Of a DNA stretch of 64,000 bases, positions 17,479 to 28,670 are shown one piece after another (within the stretch, counting starts at the first letter, position 1; every line of letters begins with the position of its first letter). The translations under genes were made by a program, and so were the position numbers. The DNA is taken from NCBI GenBank assembly GCA_963737655.1, contig CAVTTN010000002.1:288001-352000 (forward strand), in the 5' to 3' direction. The notes beneath the pieces were generated by a model. The model worked only from the letters and a program-made list of their open reading frames with translations. It searched no databases and was not told the DNA's origin. Source of the DNA: an uncultured Planctomycetota bacterium. Lineage in GTDB: Bacteria > Planctomycetota > Planctomycetia > Isosphaerales > Isosphaeraceae.

Positions 17479-18090
17479 ATGAAGGTCCAGGTGGTGTTCT
17501 ACAGCATGTATGGCCACATCTACCGGATGGCCGAGGCGATCGCCGAGGGGGCCCGGCAGGTGGAGGGGGCCGAGGTGTCCCTGTTCCAGGTGCCGGAGCT
17601 GGTCCCCGAGGAGGCCCTGGAGAAGAGCGGGGCGAAGGGGGCGAAATCCGCCTTCGCTCACGTCCCGGTGATGGAGCCCGAGACCCTGGCCGAGGCCGAC
17701 GCGATCCTGTTCGGCACGCCGACGAGGTTCGGCAACATGTGCGCCCAGATGAGGCAGTTTCTCGACCGGACCACGTCCCTCTGGCTCCAGGGCCGCCTGA
17801 TCGGCAAGGTCGGCAGCGTGTTCGCCAGCACGGGGAGCCAGCACGGCGGGCAGGAGACGACGATCACGAGCTTCCACACCACGTTGTTGCATCATGGGAT
17901 GGTGATCGTGGGGGTTCCCTACTCCGAGCCCCGGCTGGTGGCGATGGACGAGATCAGCGGAGGGACGCCCTACGGGGCCACCACGCTCGCCGGGCCCGAC
18001 GGCCGTCGCCAGCCCAGCGAGAACGAGCTGGCGATCGCCCGGTTCCAGGGCCGGCATGTGGCCGAAATCGCCCGGAAGCTCCATTCGTGA
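17479..18090 (+). CDS. wrbA: NAD(P)H:quinone oxidoreductase WrbA
   Basis: [31 protein letters not shown]. Confidence 0.96.
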   Translation: MKVQVVFYSMYGHIYRMAEAIAEGARQVEGAEVSLFQVPELVPEEALEKSGAKGAKSAFAHVPVMEPETLAEADAILFGTPTRFGNMCAQMRQFLDRTTSLWLQGRLIGKVGSVFASTGSQHGGQETTITSFHTTLLHHGMVIVGVPYSEPRLVAMDEISGGTPYGATTLAGPDGRRQPSENELAIARFQGRHVAEIARKLHS

Positions 18091-18222
18091 GATCGTACGC
18101 CCCGCTCCTCGCGAGAGGATGGAGCGAAAGGGACGAGGAGGGCCCGAGGCTGGACCTTACGGCCGGTCCCGGCGTCTTCTATAATGATCCGGGTCGACCC
18201 CTCCCGTCCTGGATTCCCGCCG

Positions 18223-21081
18223 ATGAGCGTCGCGGATTCGACCTACAACCTCGATGAGGCCCTCCACGATCGCTTCGGATTGGAGCGGTTCCGTCCCGGC
18301 CAGCGCGAGGCGATCGTCGAGGTCCTCGCCGGCCGGGACGTCCTTTGCGTGATGCCCACCGGCGGGGGCAAGAGCCTTTGCTACCAGCTTTCGGCCGTGC
18401 TCCTGCCGGGCGTCACCCTGGTCGTCAGCCCGTTGATCGCGTTGATGAAGGACCAGGTGGACGCTTTGACCGTCCGGGGCATCCGCGCCACCTTGATCAA
18501 CAGCACCCTCGACGCGAACGAGCAGGCGGCCCGGATCGCCGAGGTCGAGATGGGGCGGTATGACCTCGTCTACGTGGCCCCGGAGCGGTTCCGCAGCGGC
18601 CGGTTCGTCGAGATGATGAACCGGGTCAAGCCGGCGCTGCTCGCGGTCGATGAGGCGCATTGCATCTCCGAGTGGGGCCATGACTTCCGACCCGATTACG
18701 CCCGGCTCGGACTCGCCCGGAAGGCCCTGGGGATGCCGCCGTGCATCGCCCTGACCGCCACCGCGACCGACCAGGTCCGCCGGGACATCGCCGACCAGCT
18801 GGACCTCCGCGACCCCGCCCAGTTCGTCACCGGGTTCGACCGCCCGAACCTTTCGTACCGGGTGATCGAGGCGAGGAAGGACGTCGAGAAACTCACCGCG
18901 CTGGCCCAGGCCCTGGAACGCAATCCGGGTGCGGCGGTCGTTTATGCGAGCAGCCGCAAGAAGGTGGAGGAAGTGGGCAACTTCCTCGGCCGAGAGCTCC
19001 GTCGAGAAGCCGTGATCTATCACGCCGGGCTCGAACGAGACGCCCGGACCGAGGCCCAGGAACGCTTCATGAGCGGCCGGGCCGATGTCGTGGTGGCCAC
19101 CAACGCGTTCGGGATGGGCGTCGATAAGTCGAACATCCGCGCCGTGGTCCACTTCAACATGCCGGGAACCGTCGAGGCCTATTACCAGGAAGCCGGCCGC
19201 GCAGGACGCGACGGCCTGCCCGCCGAGTGCGTTTTGATCCATGCCCCGGGCGATCGCTACCTCCAGGAGATGTTCATCGAGAATGAATATCCCCCGCCCG
19301 ACGCGGTTTATCGCGTTTACGACTATCTCCGGGGCATCGAGGCCGACCCGATCGAGTTGACCCAGAGCGAGATCAAGGAAGCGGTCCCCCTCGATCTGAA
19401 CGAGACGGCCGTGGGAACGGCGTTGCGCATTCTCGAATCGGCCGGGGCCCTGGAACGGTTCTCCCCTCGCGAGAACCAGGCCATCATCCGGATTCAATCG
19501 GTCCCCGAGGAGGGGAGGCTAGCCGATCGGGTCTCGTCCTCGGCCCACGTGCAGAAGATCGTGATGACGGCCCTTGAAGGGCTCGTCAATCGGCGGATCG
19601 GCGAGCCGGTGTACTTCCATCCCGACGATTTTGCCACGAGCCTCGGCCTCGATCGATCGGCGTTAACGCGTGCTCTCAAAAATCTTTGCGCCGAGTTGCC
19701 GATCGATTACATCCCGCCCTTCCGAGGCCACGCGATCCGCGTCTTGAACCGCTCCCGGAAGGCCCGCGACCTCAAGATCGACTTCTCGACGCTCCAGAAG
19801 AGGAAGAACCAGGAATACGACAAGCTAGAGCGCATGATCAAGTACGCCGAGGCCCGCGCGTGTCGGAGGGCCTACATCCTCCAGTACTTCGGCGATCCCG
19901 AGGTCTCCCGCTGCGGCCGGTGCGACAACTGCGGGGTCTCCCCGACCGACCATCCTTCGCAGACGGCGTCCGTGGACACTCCGGCAGGCCGCGAGGTCCT
20001 GCAGAAGGTGCTTTCGGGCGTGGCGCGGTCGAAGGGGAAATTCGGCAAGACCGCGGTGGCAAAAATGCTCGTCGGTTCTTCTTCGGAGCAAATTGAACGC
20101 TCCGGTTTGATGAAATTGAGCACTTTCGGCATCCTGGCCGGCTCCGGGTTCACTCAGAAGGAGGTGGTCGAGATCCTCGACGCCCTCCTGGCGGGCGGAT
20201 TGGTCGAAGCGGAGGACGTCGATCGGTTCCGGCCGGTGGTCAAGCTCTCGGAGGCGGGCTGGACGTGGATCAAATCGACGACCCCGCCCTCGGTCGAGCT
20301 TGCCCTGACCCCTTATCTTGCGGAAAAGGTCCGAAGCGGGGGGCTGGAACGGCTGACTCCGGCCGCGAAACCGCCGGAACCTCCCCCCCAGACGACGGCC
20401 GATTTCGACGCCGACGCCGATGCCTCGGGGTGGGAGCCGCCGTCCGCGGCCAACGGCGACCCTCTGTACGAGACGCTCAAGGCGCTCCGCCTCCAGTGGG
20501 CGAAGGCGGCGAACGTCCGGGCGTTTCAGGTCTTCTCGAACCGGGTGCTGGAGGAGCTGGTCCGGCTCCGGCCGACCACGCCCCGGGACCTGGCGGCGAT
20601 CAAGGGGATCGGCCCCTCCACCCTGGAGCGATACGGTTCCGGCCTCCTCGACGCGATCCGAGGGGGCGGCCCGGGGTCGCCTCGGGGTGCCTCGCCCTCC
20701 CCTTCGCCCAGGCCGAGCGGCCCCGAACCCGAATTCGCCGAGCCTCCGCCGCTTCCCCGCCCTCCGCAATCCGCATCATCCTCCTCGGCAACGGCTTATG
20801 TGCCGACCGAGGAGCTGACCTGGAAGTTGCTGGACCGGGGGTTTTCGGTCGAGGAGGCGGCGGCAATCCGGGGGTTGGAGTCCTCGGCGATCCTCCGCCA
20901 TGCCTCGTGGATGCTCAAGAAGGGCAAGCCGGTGCCGGTGGCCTCGTTCCTCGACCCCGAGAGGGCCGCTCTCTGGGACGCCTGGCTCGCCCGGTCCGGG
21001 GAGGTGGCCCCGGAGAGCGACCCCCTGGCGGCCAGTTTGTGGGCTTTATTCGTCCAGTGCCGGCGGCTTGGCGGTGAATGA
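18223..21081 (+). CDS. recQ: RecQ family ATP-dependent DNA helicase with RQC and HRDC domains
   Basis: MPTGGGKSLCYQ, DEAHCISEWGHDFRP, ATNAFGMGVDK, YYQEAGRAGRDG, CGRCDNC. Confidence 0.93.
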   Translation: MSVADSTYNLDEALHDRFGLERFRPGQREAIVEVLAGRDVLCVMPTGGGKSLCYQLSAVLLPGVTLVVSPLIALMKDQVDALTVRGIRATLINSTLDANEQAARIAEVEMGRYDLVYVAPERFRSGRFVEMMNRVKPALLAVDEAHCISEWGHDFRPDYARLGLARKALGMPPCIALTATATDQVRRDIADQLDLRDPAQFVTGFDRPNLSYRVIEARKDVEKLTALAQALERNPGAAVVYASSRKKVEEVGNFLGRELRREAVIYHAGLERDARTEAQERFMSGRADVVVATNAFGMGVDKSNIRAVVHFNMPGTVEAYYQEAGRAGRDGLPAECVLIHAPGDRYLQEMFIENEYPPPDAVYRVYDYLRGIEADPIELTQSEIKEAVPLDLNETAVGTALRILESAGALERFSPRENQAIIRIQSVPEEGRLADRVSSSAHVQKIVMTALEGLVNRRIGEPVYFHPDDFATSLGLDRSALTRALKNLCAELPIDYIPPFRGHAIRVLNRSRKARDLKIDFSTLQKRKNQEYDKLERMIKYAEARACRRAYILQYFGDPEVSRCGRCDNCGVSPTDHPSQTASVDTPAGREVLQKVLSGVARSKGKFGKTAVAKMLVGSSSEQIERSGLMKLSTFGILAGSGFTQKEVVEILDALLAGGLVEAEDVDRFRPVVKLSEAGWTWIKSTTPPSVELALTPYLAEKVRSGGLERLTPAAKPPEPPPQTTADFDADADASGWEPPSAANGDPLYETLKALRLQWAKAANVRAFQVFSNRVLEELVRLRPTTPRDLAAIKGIGPSTLERYGSGLLDAIRGGGPGSPRGASPSPSPRPSGPEPEFAEPPPLPRPPQSASSSSATAYVPTEELTWKLLDRGFSVEEAAAIRGLESSAILRHASWMLKKGKPVPVASFLDPERAALWDAWLARSGEVAPESDPLAASLWALFVQCRRLGGE

Positions 21082-21219
21082 ATGGCTTCGGAGGGAGTGG
21101 GGGCGGTTGATTTCGTAAATGTTGAGGCGCATAATCGACGCCTGGGTCGCACCCAGGGCGTTCCGGGCGGCGATCGAGGCGAGAATCGACCGGGGAATCG
21201 GCCGGCGGAGAGGTTCGGG

Positions 21220-21948
21220 ATGGCAGCGTCGGTAATGATCGAGGCCGTGTCGCTCCACAAGCAGTTCGGCCACTTCCTGGCCGTCCGCGACGTGAGCTTC
21301 CAGATCCCCCAAGGGCAGGTGGTGGCGTTCCTCGGCCCCAACGGCGCGGGCAAGACCACCACGATGAGACTCCTGACGGGTTTCATGGCCCCGACTTCGG
21401 GCTCGGCCCGGATCGCCGGGATCGACGTCCAGCACGACCGCCTCGCCGCCGCCGAGCAGCTGGGCTATCTCCCCGAGAACGGCCCGCTTTACCTGGACAT
21501 GACCCCTCTGGGCCTCCTCAAGTTCTTCGGCTCGGCCCGGGGGATGACCGGCCCGGAGCTGGCCTCCCGGATCGACGCGGTGGTGACGCTCTGCTCGCTC
21601 GGGACGGTGGCGAACAAGCCGATCGGCAAGCTCTCCAAGGGGTATCGCCAGCGGGTCGCGATGGCCCAGGCCCTGTTGCACGACCCCGAGGTTCTGATTT
21701 TGGACGAGCCGACCTCGGGCCTGGACCCCAACCAGATCCAGGGGGTCCGCCGGCTGATCCGCGACCTGGGTCGATCCAAGACGATTTTGGTTTCCACCCA
21801 CATCCTCCAGGAAGTCGAGCCCGTGGCCGACCGCGTCCTGTTCCTCCACGAAGGCCGGATCGTCTTCGACGGCACGCCCAAGGAACTGGTCGGCCCGGGG
21901 AAGAGCCTGGAGGAGCAGTTCCACCGCCTGACGGCCCAGCCCTCCTGA
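21220..21948 (+). CDS. ABC transporter ATP-binding protein (GldA-like)
   Basis: GPNGAGKTT, LSKGYRQRV, ILDEPTSGLD. Confidence 0.93.
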   Translation: MAASVMIEAVSLHKQFGHFLAVRDVSFQIPQGQVVAFLGPNGAGKTTTMRLLTGFMAPTSGSARIAGIDVQHDRLAAAEQLGYLPENGPLYLDMTPLGLLKFFGSARGMTGPELASRIDAVVTLCSLGTVANKPIGKLSKGYRQRVAMAQALLHDPEVLILDEPTSGLDPNQIQGVRRLIRDLGRSKTILVSTHILQEVEPVADRVLFLHEGRIVFDGTPKELVGPGKSLEEQFHRLTAQPS

Positions 21949-21999
21949 GCCGAGGCCCGGCCCGGCGGGATCCGATCGCATGTCGAGGAGAGGACGAAG

Positions 22000-24759
22000 G
22001 TGACCAAGCTCGAAGAGAAGCCCCGAGAGGCCGCCGGATCGCCGGAGCCGCCTCCCCGGCGATCCGCCCCGTTGCGGCTCCACGTCCTGGGCGCCATCCT
22101 GGCCCGGAACTTCACCGGATATTTCAGCAACCCCGCCGGTTATGTCTTCATCGCCTTCTTCGTCCTGGCCGGAGGTCTCGCCGAGTTCTGGCAGGCCGAG
22201 TTCTTCGCCAACAACCTGGCGAATCTCGGCCCCTTGAACGTCTGGATGCCGTTCGTCCTCCTGTTCTTCATCCCGGCCATCACGATGAGCGTCTGGGCCG
22301 ACGAGCGGAGGCAGGGGACCGAGGAGCTTCTGCTGACCTTGCCGGCCCGGGACGTGGAGATCGTCCTGGGCAAGTACCTGGCGGCGCTGGGGATCTACAC
22401 CGTCGCCCTCGGCTTCCTCGCCCTCGGGCTGATCAGTCTCCTGCTGCTCCTGGGAAGCCCGGACCTCGGCGTGTTCGCGGCGAACATCCTGGGTTACTGG
22501 CTGGTGGGGGCCATGCTCCTGTCGTTCGGGATGGTCGCCTCGATGCTCACGTCCAACGTGACCGTGGCGTTCATCCTCGGGGCGGTCCTCTGCTCGGTCC
22601 CCGTGGTGACCAAGCTCCTGGGCTCCCCCACGGCCGGCTCGACCCGCCGGTTCATCGAGTGGCTGTCGGTCTCCGAGCAGTCCCGCGAGTTCGGCAACGG
22701 CGGCGTCTCCCTGGCGGGGGTCCTCTACTTCGTCACCCTGGCCGCCGGGATGCTCTATCTCAACGTGATCCTCCTGGGCCGCAGGCACTGGGCCGGAGGG
22801 CCCGACGCCCCGAAGCGCTGGACCCACTCGGCCGTCCGGTTCGGCTCGATCGTCCTGGCCCTGATCAGCCTGGACGTCCTGGCCCACCGGGTCCTCGGCT
22901 CCTGGCAGGTCGATCTGACCGAGGAACGGCTCCACTCGCTCTCGCCCGTCACGCGGTCAATCCTCCGCAAGATCCCGAGCGATCGTCCGGTGCTGATCCA
23001 GGCCTACATCAGCCCCGAAGTGCCCCGGGAATACGTCCAGACCCGCCTGGACCTGATCGACACCCTGCAAACCTACGCGGCGATGGCCGGCGACCGGATT
23101 CGCCTGAAGATCTTCGAGGTCGATCGCTACAGCGACACCGCCCGGGACGCCGAGAAGCGGTTCGGGATCACGCCGAAGCGCGTCCCGACCTCCGACGACG
23201 CCCGGCAATCGTCGAAGGAAATCTATCTGGGCGTGGCGTTTACGTCGGGCCCCGAGGAAGTCGTCGTGCCGTTCTTCGACCGCGGCTTGCCGGTCGAATA
23301 CGAACTGACGCGCTCGATCCGGGTCGTTTCGGGCGAGAAGCGGAAGCGGGTCGGCATCCTGGCGACCGACGCCCGGCTCCTGGGCGGGATCGATTTCCGG
23401 TCGATGGGCCAGGACCCGGAATGGGCGGTGGTCACCGAGCTGAAGAAGCAGTACGACGTGACGAGCGTGGCGGCCGACGCCCCGATCCCCGGCGACCTGG
23501 CGGCCCTGGTGGTGGCCCAGCCGTCGAGCCTGACCCAGAGGCAGGTCGGCCAGTTGACCGAGTACGTGCGGAAGGGCGGGGCGACGCTCCTCCTGATGGA
23601 CCCGTTCCCCCAGTTCGACCCGTCGCTCGCCCCCACCGAGCCCAAGACCCCGCCCGGAGGCGGCTTCGGCGGCCCTCCGCCCGAGCCCAAGGGCGACCTG
23701 GGCCCGTTGCTCGACGTGATCGGCGTGGACTGGCCGGCGACGGAGATCGTCTGGAACCGTTATAACCCGCATCAACAACTGGACGTCCCGCCCGAGATCG
23801 TCTTCGTCGGCCCCGGCAGCGGGGCCCGGCCGGCCTTCTCCGAGGACCCGAGCACCTCGGGCCTCCAGGAGGTCGTGTTCCTGTTCTGCGGGACGTTCCG
23901 GCCCCGGCCGTCGGCCTCGACCGAGTTCACGTCCCTGTTGAAGACGAATGACCGAGGCGGGACGATGGGTTACGAGGACCTCGTCCGCCGGGGCGCGTTC
24001 GGGATGTCGGGCCTCCAGAGGGATCGGCCCTACGTCGAGGGGCTGACCTCCTACACCCTCGCCGCCCGGATCACCGGGACACTCCCGCCCGAGCCGGCGG
24101 CCCCTCCGGCCGCAGGCCAGCCCCGGCCGAACCCGAAACCCTCGGCCAAGGCCAACGTGATCGCCGTGGCCGACCTGGACTTCATCGCCGACAACTTCTT
24201 CGAACTCCGGCGGAAGACCGTCGAGGCCTGGGATGCCTTCGACTTCGACAACGTCAGCTTCATCCTCAATTGCGTGGATGAACTCTCCGGGGACGACCAG
24301 TTCATCGCCCTTCGAAAGAAGAGGGCGAGGCACCGGACCCTCCGCCGCGTGGAGGAGCAATCCGAAAAATTCGTCAAAAAAGCCCAGGAGGAGTCGAGGA
24401 AGGCGGAGGACGACGCTAAGTCACAATTGGAAGAGGCCCGCAAGAGGTTGGAGGACCAGGTCGAGGAGATCCGCAAGAGCAAGGAATACGACGAAAAGAC
24501 CAAGGAAACGATGGTCGAGTATCGTCGCGAGGTCGAGAGCCGCCGCCTGGCCGTCCGCGAGGCGGAGATCGAGGACCGCAAGCGTCGGCAGATCCAGGAA
24601 AGCCTGGACCGCAAGGACGAGGCGATCCTCCAGATCCGCAACAACATCCGCCGGATGGCCTTGCTGATGCCCTTGCCGGCCGTCCTGCTCGGGGCGATGG
24701 TCTCCCTGGCCCGAGCGGGCCGGGAGAATCGCGGGGCCAACCCCAATCGCCTGGCCTGA
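22000..24759 (+). CDS. ABC permease fused to a GldG/ABC_transp_aux domain
   Basis: IPAITMSVWADERRQGTEELLLTLP (GldF-like), DLTEERLHSLS and EYELTRSI (GldG-like), coiled-coil C-terminus. Confidence 0.88.
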   Translation: MTKLEEKPREAAGSPEPPPRRSAPLRLHVLGAILARNFTGYFSNPAGYVFIAFFVLAGGLAEFWQAEFFANNLANLGPLNVWMPFVLLFFIPAITMSVWADERRQGTEELLLTLPARDVEIVLGKYLAALGIYTVALGFLALGLISLLLLLGSPDLGVFAANILGYWLVGAMLLSFGMVASMLTSNVTVAFILGAVLCSVPVVTKLLGSPTAGSTRRFIEWLSVSEQSREFGNGGVSLAGVLYFVTLAAGMLYLNVILLGRRHWAGGPDAPKRWTHSAVRFGSIVLALISLDVLAHRVLGSWQVDLTEERLHSLSPVTRSILRKIPSDRPVLIQAYISPEVPREYVQTRLDLIDTLQTYAAMAGDRIRLKIFEVDRYSDTARDAEKRFGITPKRVPTSDDARQSSKEIYLGVAFTSGPEEVVVPFFDRGLPVEYELTRSIRVVSGEKRKRVGILATDARLLGGIDFRSMGQDPEWAVVTELKKQYDVTSVAADAPIPGDLAALVVAQPSSLTQRQVGQLTEYVRKGGATLLLMDPFPQFDPSLAPTEPKTPPGGGFGGPPPEPKGDLGPLLDVIGVDWPATEIVWNRYNPHQQLDVPPEIVFVGPGSGARPAFSEDPSTSGLQEVVFLFCGTFRPRPSASTEFTSLLKTNDRGGTMGYEDLVRRGAFGMSGLQRDRPYVEGLTSYTLAARITGTLPPEPAAPPAAGQPRPNPKPSAKANVIAVADLDFIADNFFELRRKTVEAWDAFDFDNVSFILNCVDELSGDDQFIALRKKRARHRTLRRVEEQSEKFVKKAQEESRKAEDDAKSQLEEARKRLEDQVEEIRKSKEYDEKTKETMVEYRREVESRRLAVREAEIEDRKRRQIQESLDRKDEAILQIRNNIRRMALLMPLPAVLLGAMVSLARAGRENRGANPNRLA

Positions 24760-24829
24760 GTGGATCTCCTCCTCCCCAAGACCAAGACCAAGACTTCTCG
24801 CATCGGCCCGGCCCCGGGATGGATTGACG

Positions 24830-26374
24830 ATGACTGATTTCCGCAAGACCCTGGTGTTCGTCGCGGTCGCGGCCGTCCTCGGCGGCTCGGCCTTGCTCGC
24901 CTCGATCGAGAGGGACCGCTCGTCCGAGGAGTTCCGGGACCAGGGGCAGCCGTTCTTCCCGGACTTCCGCGACCCGGCCCAATGCACGTCCCTGGAGGTC
25001 GTGGACGTGGACCCGGTCACGGCCGCCCCCCGGACCTTCAAGGTCATGCTCAAGGACGGCCGCTGGGTGATCCCCTCGCACTACGACTACCCGGCCGACG
25101 CCAAGGACCGCCTGGCCCAGACCGCCGCCCGGGTGATCGACCTTCGCAAGGACACGATCCGCTCGGACCGGGTCGAGGACCAGAAGACCTTCGGCGTCCT
25201 CGACCCGACGGACCTGAAGCTCACCTCGCCGGAGGGCGTGGGCAAGCGGATCACCCTGAAGGATCGCTCCGATCGCGTGCTGGCCGAGTACATCATCGGC
25301 AAGGACGTCCCGGGGCATAACGGCCAGAAGTACGTGCGAAGACCGAGCCAGGCGAGGACTTACGGCGTGGAAGTCAAGGCCGAACCCTCGACCCGCTTCG
25401 CCGACTGGATCGAGACCAACCTCCTGAAGCTGGAGGCGTCGCGGCTCCGCTCGGTCACGTTCGACAACACCAAGGTCGACGCCCGCCAGGGCCGGATCCT
25501 GCCCGGGGAAACCCTGAAGATCGAGAGGGCCGACGCCTCGGCCCCCTGGACGATGGCGGGCCTGGCCCCGACCGAGGAGATCGACCCGGCGAAGAGTTCC
25601 TCGCTGAGCTCGACCCTGGGCGACCTGAAGATCGTCGGGGTCCGGCCCAAGCCGGCGGGCCTCACGGCCGAGCTCAAGGCGGCCGGGGGCGAGGGCATCC
25701 GGCTCGACCGGACGGCGCTCAGCTCCCTGGCCCGTCGGGGGTTCTACTTCGCCGACGGTCGCCTGCTCTCGAACGAGGGGGGCCTGTTCGCCTCGACCGA
25801 CGAGGGGATCGTCTACGCCCTCCAGTTCGGCGACGTCACGTTCGCCGAGGGCGAGGCGCTGTCGGCCGGCTCGGAAGACGAGAGCGCCGCCGGGGCTGAG
25901 CCGGATGAGAAGGCGAAATCCAAGGACCCCAAGGCCCCGCCCAAGAAGGGGGACGGGGCCATCGAGAGCCGGTTCCTGTTCGTCCGGGCGCAGTTCGAGC
26001 CCGACCTGATCGCCAGGCCCGAGGAACCCCCGGCCGACGGCGAGCTGCCCGCCGAGCCGTTCCAGACGACCCCGGCCGAGCGTCAGGCGGCCCAAAGGAA
26101 GATCGAGACGGCCAGGGCCGAGTATCAGCGAAAGCTCGACCAGGGAAAGACGAGGGCCGCCGAACTCTCCGGACGGTTTGCCGCATGGTATTATGTCGTG
26201 CCGGGAGACTCGTATCGCAATCTCGTCCTGAATCGAGCCAGCCTGGTCCATCCCAAGCCCGATCCAGCCGCCCCCCCCACGGGCGGCGGCTTCCCGATGC
26301 CCGGCCCCGGCGGCCCATTCGGCGGAGGCCATCCCTTCGGCGACCTCCCCGCTCCCTCGGGCCGGCCGCGATAA
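24830..26374 (+). CDS. DUF4340 domain protein
   Basis: N-terminal TM, WVIPSHYDYPAD motif, and position after a Gld-type ABC. Confidence 0.8.
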   Translation: MTDFRKTLVFVAVAAVLGGSALLASIERDRSSEEFRDQGQPFFPDFRDPAQCTSLEVVDVDPVTAAPRTFKVMLKDGRWVIPSHYDYPADAKDRLAQTAARVIDLRKDTIRSDRVEDQKTFGVLDPTDLKLTSPEGVGKRITLKDRSDRVLAEYIIGKDVPGHNGQKYVRRPSQARTYGVEVKAEPSTRFADWIETNLLKLEASRLRSVTFDNTKVDARQGRILPGETLKIERADASAPWTMAGLAPTEEIDPAKSSSLSSTLGDLKIVGVRPKPAGLTAELKAAGGEGIRLDRTALSSLARRGFYFADGRLLSNEGGLFASTDEGIVYALQFGDVTFAEGEALSAGSEDESAAGAEPDEKAKSKDPKAPPKKGDGAIESRFLFVRAQFEPDLIARPEEPPADGELPAEPFQTTPAERQAAQRKIETARAEYQRKLDQGKTRAAELSGRFAAWYYVVPGDSYRNLVLNRASLVHPKPDPAAPPTGGGFPMPGPGGPFGGGHPFGDLPAPSGRPR

Positions 26375-26600
26375 TCGCTCTGACCGGGCTCGATCCGATC
26401 CATTCGCAGGATCCTCTCCTCTCCTGTTGCTCGCGGCGTCTCCCCCCTCTCGGGCCATCCGGCCTGGGTTCCCAGGTACCGTGTCTTGAGGAGGTCCCGA
26501 TCATTCCCCTCCCGAACCCCACATCGTCCCCCTCTCGCATCCCGCGACGAGGCCCTTCCCCAGGACCGAATCCCCACCCGTCCAGCCCGAGGGAGCACCG

Positions 26601-27779
26601 ATGAGGCCCTTGCGCGTCGTCACGATCGGCCATTCCTACGTCATCGGCCTGAATCGAGCGGTGATGGATCGGATCGCCCGCCGTTCCGGGATCGAGCTGA
26701 CGGTCGTGGCCCCGAAGGCCTTTCATGGCGACCTTCGCCCGGTCGTCCTGGATGAAGCGGGCGAGAACACGCCGTACCGGCTCGTGGGGGTCGAGGCGAG
26801 GCTGACTCGCTACATCCACCTGTTCTATTACAAGCACCTCCGCGAGCTGATCCAGCGCGATCGATTCGACCTGGTCCACGCCTGGGAAGAGCCCTACATC
26901 CTGGCCGGCTACCAGATCGCCCGGGCGGCCGCCGCGGCGAAGTCTCGCTACTTCTTCCGGACCGCCCAGAGCCTGCCCAAGGCCTACCCCCCGCCGTTCG
27001 TCTACTTCGAGCGGTACTGCGCCCGCAATGCCGTCGGCTGGGTGGCCGGAGGCCGGATGGTCCAGAGGGCCCTGCAAGTTCGGGGCGGCTATCCGGCCAC
27101 CTCCGAGGTCATCACCCTGGGCGTGGACGAGGAGGACTTCCATCCCGATGAGGCCTCCGGCGCGGCCAAGAGGGCGGAGCTGAACTTCCCCCCCGGGCCG
27201 ATCATCGGCTTCCTCGGCCGGCTCACGGCGGCCAAGGGCCTGGACGTGTTGATGACGGCCCTGGAGAAGGTGCCCGGCCCGTGGAACCTCCTGGCCCTGG
27301 GCAGCGGGGTCTACGAGGCCAAGATCAATCGATGGGCGGCCGAGCGCGGCCTGTCGGATCGCGTCCGCGTCCTCCTCGCCCGTCACGAGCACGTCCCGGC
27401 CTACATCCGCGCCATGGACATGCTCGTGGCCCCGAGCCAGACCACCCCGAACTGGAAAGAGCAGTTCGGCCGGATGCTGATCGAGGCGTTCGCCACCAAG
27501 GTCGCCGTGATCGGCTCGGACTCCGGCGAGATCCCGTTCGTGATCGCCGACGCCGGCCTGATCGTCCCCGAGGCCGATCCGAACGCCTGGGCCGAGGCGA
27601 TCTCCGAGCTCCTGAATGACCCGGCCCGCCGCAACGCCCTGGCCGAGGCCGGCCTCGATCGGTTCCACAACCACTACAACTCCGCCCGGGTCGCCGATCG
27701 CTACTTCGACTTCTACCACCGGCTGATGGAGGTCCCTCTGCCCTCGGTCGGCGCCGAATCGGTCCCGGGGCTCGCCTGA
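26601..27779 (+). CDS. Glycosyltransferase family 4
   Basis: GFLGRLTAAKGL, EQFGRMLIEAFA...VIGSDSG. Confidence 0.92.
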   Translation: MRPLRVVTIGHSYVIGLNRAVMDRIARRSGIELTVVAPKAFHGDLRPVVLDEAGENTPYRLVGVEARLTRYIHLFYYKHLRELIQRDRFDLVHAWEEPYILAGYQIARAAAAAKSRYFFRTAQSLPKAYPPPFVYFERYCARNAVGWVAGGRMVQRALQVRGGYPATSEVITLGVDEEDFHPDEASGAAKRAELNFPPGPIIGFLGRLTAAKGLDVLMTALEKVPGPWNLLALGSGVYEAKINRWAAERGLSDRVRVLLARHEHVPAYIRAMDMLVAPSQTTPNWKEQFGRMLIEAFATKVAVIGSDSGEIPFVIADAGLIVPEADPNAWAEAISELLNDPARRNALAEAGLDRFHNHYNSARVADRYFDFYHRLMEVPLPSVGAESVPGLA

Positions 27780-27917
27780 GCCCCGGGGCCGAGCGACAGG
27801 GACGGGCCCAGGAGTCAGGCCCGGACCCTTGCGAACCCCGCCCCGAGTCGAGTAAATTGGGGCGGTCCGCCCCGGAGGGGCGGGGTCCGAAGCGTGACGC
27901 AAGGGGTCGAGGCGACG

Positions 27918-28514
27918 ATGGGTTCCGATCAGATCGGCGGAGGACCTTCCCCCGGGGGAGGCCGGATCAGGCATCTCCTGTCGGCCCTCGTCCGCAACCA
28001 GCCGGGCGTCCTCGCCCACGTCTCCGGGATGCTCGGCTCTCGCGGGTTCAACATCGATAGCCTGGCCGTCGGCGAGACCGAGGACCCGCACCTCTCCCGG
28101 ATCACCTTCGTCGTGAAGGGGGATGACCGCGTCCTGGAGCAGGTCCGCAAGCAGTTGGAGAAGATCGTCACCGTCGTCCGGGTGATCGACATCTCCCGCG
28201 AAGACTTCGTCGAGCGCGACCTGATGCTCCTGAAGATCGACGCCCCTCCCGAACGGCGGACCGAGATCCGCGGGCTCGTCCAGGATTTTCGCGGCCGGAT
28301 CGTCGATTACGGGACCGATCAGCTCATGATCGAGATTTCCGGCCAGGAAAAGAAGATCGAGGCGTTCATCGAGCTGATCCGCCCCTACGGCATCCGCGAG
28401 CTGGTCCGGACCGGCCGGATTGCCCTGGTCCGCAGCGGGTCCAGCGGCTCGGCCGACGACGCCGACGCCCCGGACGAGCCCGAAGCGGCGGTCGTCGGCC
28501 ATTCCAACCTGTGA
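27918..28514 (+). CDS. ilvN: Acetolactate synthase small subunit
   Basis: LVRNQPGVLAHVSGML..RGFNIDSLAV, ELVRTGRIAL. Confidence 0.95.
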   Translation: MGSDQIGGGPSPGGGRIRHLLSALVRNQPGVLAHVSGMLGSRGFNIDSLAVGETEDPHLSRITFVVKGDDRVLEQVRKQLEKIVTVVRVIDISREDFVERDLMLLKIDAPPERRTEIRGLVQDFRGRIVDYGTDQLMIEISGQEKKIEAFIELIRPYGIRELVRTGRIALVRSGSSGSADDADAPDEPEAAVVGHSNL

Positions 28515-28670
28515 GTCCAGACCCCGAGTGACCCCGGCCGTCGGCTGTCAGCGAGCAGCCCCGGCCGGACGGGGCCCCGGAACCCGCCGAGGCCCCGAAG
28601 GCTTCCCCGCCCCCCTCTCCGGCCGAGGGCCGATCGCTGCCCGCCCCTCGGCCCGCGCAAAGGTCCGCCG

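Noticed and set aside
24775..24795. CCAAGA hexamer repeat (also in smpB at ~13420)
   Set aside because: Only ~3 units, too short to argue for phase variation.
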